A stretch of DNA of 64,000 bases from Azolla caroliniana. Lineage: Eukaryota > Plantae > Polypodiophyta. How positions within the stretch are numbered: position 1 is the first letter of the stretch; each line of letters starts with the position of its first letter. The translations under genes and the position numbers were made by a program. The stretch spans positions 744,001 through 808,000 of the forward strand of contig JBHGNT010000012.1 of the NCBI GenBank assembly GCA_043228905.1, in the 5' to 3' direction. Below are positions 50,501 to 64,000 of the stretch, in pieces. Under the pieces are notes generated by a model, which was not told where the DNA came from, ran no database searches, and saw only the letters and a list, made by a program, of their open reading frames with translations.

Positions 50501-52071
50501 GTTCGATTTGATTCACTTCTTTAATCTCATAGAAATCGGTAGCAAACAAGGTAGTGATCAAACATACGATAATACCCATGGAACTGATAAGAAGAGGAAA
50601 GCACATGGCGGTAAAATTATGAGTCGTTCCAAAAGAAGAGATAGAAGCTACAACTAACGCGGCACAAGACGACTCCGCAAAAGAACCAAACAGATCAGAA
50701 CCCATTCCAGCAATGTCGCCCACGTTGTCACCTACATTGTCTGCAATGACCTAAAAGTAGAGTAGACGCAAAATTGTGAGGCATGAGATTTGAATCCTTA
50801 AGAAGGCAAAGATATGGCTAGTCCAGCAAATGAAGCATATCACAGGAAAAACAACATACATACATGTCCCTAAGTTTTTCATTATTAATTCGCTTATATG
50901 GGCAATTCGAGCAATTATATGGTGAATTCATCGCCCACTCCTCTCTTTTGGGGGTTGAACAGGGGCATTTGGGGGAACTGTAGAGAACTAAGGGCATTTG
51001 AGGAAATACAGAAAATTTCAGGGATACATTACCGCAGGATTCCTGGGATCGTCCTCGGGGATATTTCTCTCAACTTTTCCAACTAGATCAGCACCTACAT
51101 CCGCAGCTTTAGTGTAAATCCCACCACCCACTCTTCCAAAGAGAGCAACAGATGAACCACCAAGACCATATCCAGTAATGGCCTCAAAGAGACCTTCCCA
51201 CTCAGTACCATAGTATAACCTAAACACATTGATAGTGATATAGAGCACAAGAAGTCCATTTGCAGCGAGTAGAAAACCCATCACCGATCCTGAGCGAAAA
51301 GCGGTGATAAAAGCCTTTCCCACTCCCTTCCTTGCTTCAAGAGTGGTTCGTGCATTAGCATAAGTAGCTATCTTCATACCGAGATATCCTGATAAAACAG
51401 AGGTTAGTACTCCGAGAATAAACGCAATGGTTGTGAAAGCTGCGGTGATAAGCGCAGGCACACACGTTGCTGATGTATCATAGGTGCAAGGCTGAGGCTC
51501 TAAGCTGAAATTCTCGACCGATCCGAGGAAAACAAAGATGATAATGGCAAAAGCGCCCAAGAAAACGCTGAGGTACTTGTACTCTGTGAGAAGAAAAGAA
51601 TTGGCACCTGCGAAGAGAGAGTCAGTGTCAACAGACGGCCATTAGATCCAATTGTAAAAGACACTTCAAGATCCTTTAGAGAAAAAGACTCTCCAAAAGC
51701 CATGGATACGCAATGTATCATGTAAAACATGAACTAGGAATCATATGAAGATAAGAACCAATTGTACAAGGCCCTTCAAACTGACAAAAAATGAATAAGG
51801 CTAAGTTGATACGAAAAAGAATCTAAGGATAACTAAACGATGACTACATGGCCAAACACAACCAAACCACAGAGAACATAATTGAAGACAGTAACCAATT
51901 GTAGACTCTCTGAATCAAGAAGCTCAGAGTTTTAGAAAGTCGAAAAATGAAAGGGAGGTAACAGAAAACCAGCCAACATGAATCTATTCATTATTTCACA
52001 GAGAAGGATATTGGGAAAAGAAAAATAGTAGAGTTTTTAAATCGAAATACACTGGTGTCTTAGAAAGCCAA

Positions 52072-52105
<34 letters not shown>

Positions 52106-53120
52106 CAAATACATAGAAAAGAATCAGCAGAGACAAGGATCAATTGTGGATCCAGCTTGAAATCAAACATAGACAATCATCATAGAAAGCCAATATGACA
52201 AACAACCTAAACAAAAAGACAATAGTCACTACCATTTTCAATTATAAGGTGGAATAATTAGACATTGTAACTTAGTTCATCAGTCTTGTCGAGAGATGGA
52301 TATGAAAATGAAGGTTCTACTTTTCATAACAGCCGATCTTCTTGACTGAGAATATAAGGATATGAATAGGAAGATTCTGCTTTTCTTATCCTTCAATCTT
52401 CCCGCCAAGATATGGATATGAAAAGGAAGATTCTGTTATCCATATCCTTCCATCGCTTCTGCTTTTCATATTCTTTGATCTTCTAGCAGAGATAAGGAGG
52501 AGGAATGCACGCCCAATTAGGAATCTACTGTAATTCAAACATGTTCTAGCAGAGGCTATACTGACATGGCCTCTGCTCGAATCTCAGCTCCACGGAAGAA
52601 AAGAGAACAAAAGCGAAAAGAAATACACCTAGAGCAATTGTCTATAGGAAACAGACGTGGAGCCCATTATAGTGAGGAATTCGGCCTCTAGTAGCTCAAT
52701 CCATACACAGTAAAACACAGAGCAAAACGGAGCAGAAAGCAATATACCTAGGAGCGATGGCCTCTAGAATCTCTGCATAGAAATAGAAATAGAAAGAAAA
52801 CAGTATATAATATGAAAAGATTATATGAACTCTTAAAGAGATTCAGAACAGAAGAAAAGGCATAGCTAGAAAGCAATGATCAGACCTAGAGAGATGGCCT
52901 CTTGGATCTCTGCACATTTGATGACTGTGTCAGGGCCGTCGGGGCCTTCTTCGAGCAGGTAACCGTCATGGCCGTTGTTCGCGTCCGATTTCGAAGGAGG
53001 GTAAGACGCAGAGACGGAGACGAAGGAGACAAGATACCACTGGAAGAGAGCAAAGGCTATGGCGATCACAGACACCACAGGGATGAAGATCTCTGTGAAC
53101 TGAGATGGGGAGATGGTCAT
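47543..53120 (-). CDS. AVP1: Vacuolar H+-translocating inorganic pyrophosphatase, type I (K+-dependent)
   Basis: 8 exons: ~53120-52886, 51607-51033, 50750-50369, 50268-50183, 50085-49755, 49103-48693, 48254-48195, 47746-47543. Motifs [37 protein letters not shown] (Ala = K+-dependent type), [30 protein letters not shown]; stop TAG 47543-47545. Confidence 0.97.
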
Positions 53121-53207
53121 GGCGATGGCGATGGCGATTCTACAGATCCTTCCTTCTCCCTCCTGCAAGATCAGAGCGCGCAAGGCGGGTTTCCTGCAGG
53201 GGGGCGT

Positions 53208-53240
53208 ACGAATTAGGGTTCCTGCGGAATTAGGGTTTCG
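53208..53240 (-). promoter_or_regulatory. Two telo-box-like AACCCTAA motifs in the AVP1 5' leader
   Basis: gaattagggtt repeated at ~53210 and ~53227. Confidence 0.45.
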
Positions 53241-53477
53241 TGGAAGCGCAAAAGAAAGCAAGGCATGCATGCATGGCTTCGGCGTTGCTACATTAATTAA
53301 AATTATTTGATTTTTGTTTCTTTTCCAAAATCCAATTAGTATTTATTTTATTTACATATCTATTTTGGATCATTATCTTGGGTCTCTAAAAATATCGGAA
53401 TTTCGTTAAATTTATTGTCTGGGAGCTTCAGATCCTTCTCTCAGGCTGGCCTCTCTCTTTTTTTTTTCTCGTAAGTA

Positions 53478-53548
53478 CCTTAGCCTAGTGGTAAGTTGTT
53501 AACACTACAAGCTCTGCATTGTGGGTTCAAAACCCAATCTCCTCACCT
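53478..53548 (+). mobile_element. tRNA-derived SINE head (Pol III A/B boxes)
   Basis: A box TAGCCTAGTGG 53481-53491, B box GGTTCAAAACC 53524-53534; no full cloverleaf. Confidence 0.55.
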
Positions 53549-53599
53549 CTCTATTATATACTTCATATATTCTTATATTAATTCACTAGATGCCACTGT

Positions 53600-53664
53600 G
53601 GACTTTAGGGGTTGAACCCATGACCACCTGGTCTCCATTGGGCTACCTTACCAACTGAGCTACA

Positions 53665-53668
<4 letters not shown>
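53600..53668 (-). mobile_element. tRNA-derived SINE head (Pol III A/B boxes), opposite strand
   Basis: Minus strand: TAGCTCAGTTGG (53662-53651) ... GGTTCAACCCC (~53618-53608). Confidence 0.6.
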
Positions 53669-53695
<27 letters not shown>

Positions 53696-56324
53696 TGGTT
53701 TAGGGTTTAGGGTTTAGAGTGGAGGAGCCCATGTTGACTTTGATCGGGTGCAGCTTGAATTCGGAACATTCTCAGCCCTCTCGGGAGAAGGGGCCCCGTG
53801 ACACACGAGACAGAACCCGCATTCTGATTCGGGCGGCGGTCATGGATATTTCCTAGACGCACTAGACTGCAGTGGATCGAGGAGCCCTTCACTCGAGTAT
53901 GAGCCCTTATGCAACCTCTACAGAAGAGCTTGCCCGGTGCATGAACTTGGACCTATGTCACAAAGCAATGCTCAATTTGGGGGGGGGTCTCTATTACAAT
54001 GCTAGTAGAAAATATCCAATTGTATATCATATACATGTGTGTGTGTGCACGTGCACGTGCACGCATGTGTGTCCATGGTGGCGTGTATGCACCAAACAAC
54101 TTAGCAATGTCCAACACTCATCGATGGTGCATGATTGTTCCGCTACAGTGGAGCTTTTTTTAAGGATTTTAAGTCGATATTTTAAAATAACAAATGTGAA
54201 GTTTTTATTTTCAAAAGAAGAAGAAACCCTTCAAGTATCAATAGAAAGAGACCTTTGTTTTTTTATGGAATGAATTTGATGTTGTAGGTTGGTTTCGTTT
54301 GGAGAGAAAAATAATTCTTTTGAGCCTTGTTAGAGAGTTTAAGTTTATGTCTTCAAACTTTGTCTGTATCTACAATTAGGGTTTCTAGAACACCTTGGCA
54401 TTTAGATTATTGGAAATTAGGGATTCATAGGGATTTTACTATGTACAAGAGAAAGAAAGAAAGAATGCTCATTGGTTACTCTCTCAAAGTACGCTTGAAC
54501 AATAAACTTTGAAGGTTCAAATCAGAGTCCTAGGAATTATGAATTAAGGGTATACGCATGTATTGGAGTAGTATCAAGTTTCCAAAGTTTTTATTGTGAA
54601 CAAGAAAAAGAAAGAAAAAAAGTAATTGCTTGAGAGTACCTATGGGTTGAGAACTTTGGGAAATGGAATTTAGAGAGCTCAAAACAAATGTTTATGTGCA
54701 TATCATTGGCTTGGAGTAGAATATTGTTCTCATGCTTTTGTTGTGAACAAGCAAAGGAGGTCAAAGATTGCTCCCTAATTTCTTTGGCAATATTATATTC
54801 AGAGAACACCTTTTGAGTATTCCAAAATACCAAAAGGACGCTTTGGCCACATGATGGGTAGGGAGATAGAGGTTACATACAAGCAAGTTGAAAGTGACAC
54901 ACGATACAAGGTTTCATACTTCTTGCGTCTAATACTATGGTCATTAACTGTGATCAACAAGTTCGCAAACTCTATGTGCCTTCGATTATGGAGAAAGAAG
55001 GATAAATTGGAACAAGCTTAAATAGAGTATCCAATTCATATAATACAAGGAACTCTAACAAACAAGTGAAATGTTGTGGGTTGTTTGATGATGTCATGGC
55101 AAAAGTTGTTTGAATAGTATGTGACTGTGGTGGGTTCCCGAAGCTCAACTAGTGTTGTATACTCGAAGGCGTGATCCAGATACTAAATATAATAATGAAA
55201 TGCAAATAGTGCCCACGTGAGTGGTTTTGGCTCTTTAAATCCAACTACGGGACCTCAAATTGTACAAATCAAAAGCAAGATAAATGCCTACATTTACGAA
55301 AAACATCTTTATGTCTGTTAGGATTTATTTTTCTCATCATGAACGGATAGAGCACACAAAAAACTCATATATCTAACGACCCAAGTCCCAAACGAGTTTT
55401 AGTGCTCATCAACATAATCATGATGTTAACATGTTCCTCAAATTTGATTATTGTAGTTGAGAACATATATATTATTTATATCCAATTTGTTCGTAAAACT
55501 AAGTGTCCTTAAACACGAGAACAATGGGGTTGTATGTTATATAGTGACTGTCCATATTTTATTTATTTGTTTTATTCACGTTAAAATTATATATGTATAT
55601 CCATAAATTGATATATATATTACCAGAACACACACACACACACACACATTCATATCGGAGTGGGAAAAAACAAACATCCCCAAGTAAGAAAAAACATCAT
55701 AAATCACCATTGCTATCTATAGAGCCATCTCGAGTATCGACGTAGTTGTCTTTGTTTTTTTTGTTATTTATTTCTATATTTTTATTTATTTATCGCAAGC
55801 AAAAGCATGGCGGTGACAAAATTGTCGTTGCCTACTCAAACGATGACATTGGTGTTGTGCAACACCAAGCGCACCATCTACCGCTCAGTAGCAAGCCGTG
55901 ACGCCCAACGTGCCATTTGTTGTGGTGGAGCAGGTTGCATTGTTGCATCAAATGTGTTGTATGTTATTGTGTAGTAGATTGCGACAGTTGTTTGGTAGAG
56001 CACCGACACACACTATCCTGAGGTGGCATTATTGCCTACAACTCAGTAGTAACCCATATATTGTTAGGTTGCAAGGCAAATGAATTGATTTATTTTTATA
56101 TAAATTAATAAAAAAAACCTCGTGTTATGAATGTCACCATAACAACGAAACCCTAAATGGGTATTAAGCACGAGATATACCACCACATCAAAACATGCAT
56201 ATTTACGAAATGAACACCTCATGCTCATAGAAGAGAAAAAAAAAACACTTAACATAATTGAAAAAAGGAGAGAGAGATGGAGAATATTGAAGTTCTCAAG
56301 TTGCTTGTTCTTGGATTGAGAAAA

Positions 56325-59318
56325 CATCCTCGACGCTTGTTTCAAGCCATAGAGGCATTTCTTCAGTCGACATACGAGGTGACTTTCCTCCTCCATCGTT
56401 ATGAAGCCTGCCAATTGAGACATGTAAATGTCTTCTTCAAGATCTCTGTGTAGGAATGTCATCTTTACAACTCCTAGTAGGAGTTGGAGGGTGGTAATCT
56501 TGACTATTGGTGAGAATATCTCATCGTAGGTGACCCTGTGTTCTTGTTTGAAACCTTTCGTGACAAGACGAGCTTTGTACTTGGGTTTCTTTGAGTCAGA
56601 TACATATTTGTATCGGAAAACCCATTTGCAAGATAGCGGCTTTCTTCCAATTGGTAGTTCGACCAACTCCCATGTCTGATTCTTGTGAATCGAGTCCATT
56701 TCGGATTTCATGGCTTGTAGCCATGTTTCGGCGCCCGCTGCATTCGAATGGTGGAGCGTGCGATTTCGTCCATTGATCTCCACTCATTGGCTGACATTGA
56801 AGCAGGCTTTTCGGAGTGTCGAATGGCCTTGACTTGTCTTCGAATAATCAGTAGTCTTGCATCATCTCCTTCCATAGGGCAAAGTTTTTGGCGTCAAATT
56901 TTCGGATCTCAACTCCTGTACTGGATGTTAATGCTATGATTCTTTTGAAAGTGAGATTTGCTAACCTTGTCTTTTTCCTTTCAGCTTCTTTTTCTGTTGT
57001 TTGTGAGGACATGTTTGTTATGCTTAGCAAATAACACAGAGGGAAGGCAAGAAGATATAGACCGATAATAGACACACACAGATGAAGCTTTAATGGAAGC
57101 TTTCTTTCTCTGTTTTCTATTGTTTGTGAGGACATGTTTGTTATGCTTAGCAAATAACACAGAGGGAAGGCAAGAAGATATAGACCGATAATAGACACAC
57201 ACAGATGAAGCTTTAATGGAAGCTTTCTTTCTCTGTTTTCTATTGTTTGTGAGGACATGTTTGTTATGCTTAGCAAATAACACAGAGGGAAGGCAAGAAG
57301 ATATAGACCGATAATAGACACACACAGATGAAGCTTTAATGGAAGCTTTCTTTCTCTGTTTTCTATTGTTTGTGAGGACATGTTTGTTATGCTTAGCAAA
57401 TAACACAGAGGGAAGGCAAGAAGATATAGACCGATAATAGACACACACAGATGAAGCTTTAATGGAAGCTTTCTTTCTCTGTTTTCTATTGTTTGTGAGG
57501 ACATGTTTGTTATGCTTAGCAAATAACACAGAGGGAAGGCAAGAAGATATAGACCGATAATAGACACACACAGATGAAGCTTTAATGGAAGCTTTCTTTC
57601 TCTGTTTTCTATTGTTTGTGAGGACATGTTTGTTATGCTTAGCAAATAACACAGAGGGAAGGCAAGAAGATATAGACCGATAATAGACACACACAGATGA
57701 AGCTTTAATGGAAGCTTTCTTTCTCTGTTTTCTATTGTTTGTGAGGACATGTTTGTTATGCTTAGCAAATAACACAGAGGGAAGGCAAGAAGATATAGAC
57801 CGATAATAGACACACACAGATGAAGCTTTAATGGAAGCTTTCTTTCTCTGTTTTCTATTGTTTGTGAGGACATGTTTGTTATGCTTAGCAAATAACACAG
57901 AGGGAAGGCAAGAAGATATAGACCGATAATAGACACACACAGATGAAGCTTTAATGGAAGCTTTCTTTCTCTGTTTTCTATTGTTTGTGAGGACATGTTT
58001 GTTATGCTTAGCAAATAACACAGAGGGAAGGCAAGAAGATATAGACCGATAATAGACACACACAGATGAAGCTTTAATGGAAGCTTTCTTTCTCTGTTTT
58101 CTATTGTTTGTGAGGACATGTTTGTTATGCTTAGCAAATAACACAGAGGGAAGGCAAGAAGATATAGACCGATAATAGACACACACAGATGAAGCTTTAA
58201 TGGAAGCTTTCTTTCTCTGTTTTCTATTGTTTGTGAGGACATGTTTGTTATGCTTAGCAAATAACACAGAGGGAAGGCAAGAAGATATAGACCGATAATA
58301 GACACACACAGATGAAGCTTTAATGGAAGCTTTCTTTCTCTGTTTTCTATTGTTTGTGAGGACATGTTTGTTATGCTTAGCAAATAACACAGAGGGAAGG
58401 CAAGAAGATATAGACCGATAATAGACACACACAGATGAAGCTTTAATGGAAGCTTTCTTTCTCTGTTTTCTATTGTTTGTGAGGACATGTTTGTTATGCT
58501 TAGCAAATAACACAGAGGGAAGGCAAGAAGATATAGACCGATAATAGACACACACAGATGAAGCTTTAATGGAAGCTTTCTTTCTCTGTTTTCTATTGTT
58601 TGTGAGGACATGTTTGTTATGCTTAGCAAATAACACAGAGGGAAGGCAAGAAGATATAGACCGATAATAGACACACACAGATGAAGCTTTAATGGAAGCT
58701 TTCTTTCTCTGTTTTCTATTGTTTGTGAGGACATGTTTGTTATGCTTAGCAAATAACACAGAGGGAAGGCAAGAAGATATAGACCGATAATAGACACACA
58801 CAGATGAAGCTTTAATGGAAGCTTTCTTTCTCTGTTTTCTATTGTTTGTGAGGACATGTTTGTTATGCTTAGCAAATAACACAGAGGGAAGGCAAGAAGA
58901 TATAGACCGATAATAGACACACACAGATGAAGCTTTAATGGAAGCTTTCTTTCTCTGTTTTCTATTGTTTGTGAGGACATGTTTGTTATGCTTAGCAAAT
59001 AACACAGAGGGAAGGCAAGAAGATATAGACCGATAATAGACACACACAGATGAAGCTTTAATGGAAGCTTTCTTTCTCTGTTTTCTATTGTTTGTGAGGA
59101 CATGTTTGTTATGCTTAGCAAATAACACAGAGGGAAGGCAAGAAGATATAGACCGATAATAGACACACACAGATGAAACTTTAATGGAGGTTTTCTTTCT
59201 CTGTTTTCTCTCACTCTCTCTACAACATTAGGTTATCGCTTATATACTAAGCCCTAACTATATGGACGAGTTCACACTAGGATACAAAAGTGGAAGGAGT
59301 CAACCTTTTATGCCAACA
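56325..59318 (-). mobile_element. Internally deleted, 3'-truncated Ty1/Copia retrotransposon
   Basis: LTR start TGTTGG at 59318, TATATAA 59246-59240. Gag N-terminus GVEIRKFDAKNFALWKEMMQD-(frameshift ~56852)-LIIRRQVKAIRHSEKP...ARSTIRM is joined at ~56740 to RT WLQAMKSEMDSI...KYKARLVTKGFKQ...DLEEDIYM...LYGLKQASR. No 3' LTR seen. Confidence 0.9.
56990..59203. repeat. Near-perfect tandem array, 18 x 123 bp
   Basis: Unit starts at 56990, 57113, ... Internal copies look identical; the rightmost copy has 3 substitutions and the leftmost has 1 at the junction. TTTTCT microhomology at both borders. Confidence 0.98.
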
Positions 59319-59475
59319 CATGCACCCACGATTCCCGCTATCCAATCACATTAGTCAGCAATACCCTTCGCTTATGTTTTGTAAATATCAACGACCTACA
59401 TAACACCTCGGGTAAATTCAAGAATGAAGCCAAGCCTGGGGCAATGAATACGTGTGAGACCGTATGGAAGCCTGA

Positions 59476-59705
59476 GGTTTAGGGTTTAGGGTGTGTTAGA
59501 AACAAACTATCCATGCGTTGGTTTGATAAGTAAAAATGTGGAGTTTGGACATAGCATAGAGTGAATGAAGTAAAAGAAGTAAAAGAAGAAGAAGAAGAAG
59601 AAGAAGAAGAAGAAGAAGAAACGCAGAGTCACACGGATTTGAGCCTACGACCTCATCGCTCGATTAGATTTGATAACCAGGAAACGCAACAACCAAACCC
59701 TATTC
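59476..59705 (+). promoter_or_regulatory. Probable helicase promoter/5' UTR: telo-boxes (GGTTTAGGGTTTAGGG 59477-59492, AAACCCTA ~59695) and (GAA)12 at 59584-59620
   Basis: Motifs seen directly; telo-boxes are typical of plant ribosome-biogenesis and translation gene promoters. Confidence 0.5.
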
Positions 59706-60228
59706 TCTGAAGGTTTCCGGTCTGTCTTGCCTGCCTGCCTGCCTGTTTGGTGAAGCTTGGTCTTACGAATTGCATGTTCCATTCATCTAGGGTGCAAGAT
59801 TTGTTTCTTTTCAGAATAATGTTTTCATTGCTTGCCTGAGGATATTCCTGTTTTTATCAATTCTTAGAAGGTGCTTACCAACTGAAAATTATGCTTAATG
59901 TGTTTCCTCTGGGATCTGAAAATGTGAACTATTTTATTGCTTTGGTCTTAAGAATTGCATGTATTCAACTTCATGCTCCATTCATCTAGTGTAGAAGCTT
60001 TGTTTCTGTTCAAAATAACGCATTGCATCATAAAATGTGGGGCTATTAATGTTGAGAGAGGGGAGAGACAAACAGGAAGAACATTGAATGGTCAAGTACT
60101 GAACAAAGTTAGTTCTCGTTTGTTGATAATGGTTAGATGAAGACGACTATGTTTTAGACTCTCTCTTCCTGATATACAAAGTCTTAAGTACTAGAGCAAA
60201 GCAGGAGGAGCTGACTACGGATTGCGAA

Positions 60229-64000
<3,772 letters not shown>

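Noticed and set aside
52866-53270. N-terminal extension of AVP1 from ATG 53270
   Set aside because: Homology to H+-PPases begins at Met 53120; the upstream part looks like leader with telo-boxes. Not testable here.
53478-53668. Functional tRNA genes
   Set aside because: A/B boxes are present but acceptor and anticodon stems do not pair; treated as SINE heads.
56981-59170. 729-aa second-frame ORF as an independent gene
   Set aside because: It follows automatically from a 123-bp unit without a stop in that frame; the frame has no ATG within the unit.
56990-59203. CRISPR array
   Set aside because: Units are identical with no unique spacers; eukaryotic context; no cas genes.

Overview
Eukaryotic (land-plant) genomic DNA with intron-rich genes. 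It holds four host genes. (1) A ~40-exon axonemal inner-arm dynein heavy chain (DNAH1-like; 5' end outside the window, stop at 39268-39270), implying a plant with flagellated sperm such as a fern or lycophyte. (2) A 4-exon At3g12210-like HhH-type protein on the minus strand. (3) A K+-dependent vacuolar H+-pyrophosphatase (AVP1) on the minus strand. (4) A RID1/DHX33-like DEAH helicase running off the right end. Introns and intergenic DNA are full of transposon debris: many 5'-truncated copies of a LINE with a (TTTC)n tail, two solo LTRs with target-site duplications (TSDs), SINE-like Pol III heads and MITE-like repeats. Two structures stand out. (a) 56990-59203 is 18 tandem copies of a 123-bp unit inside the 5' end of a deleted Copia element. 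The unit begins about where the LTR transcript should start, is stop-free in two frames, and in one frame encodes a 41-aa hydrophobic repeat fused in frame to the Gag N-terminus. (b) 24587-30862 is a 6.3-kb insertion with TGTTA...TAACA ends and a perfect 5-bp TSD, but no pair of identical LTRs and no gag/pol. It has primer-binding-site (PBS)-like sequences on both strands, a repeated terminal box and one 923-codon accessory ORF broken only by C-to-T-type stops. Exon boundaries were read by eye and may be off by a few nt. No database searches were possible.
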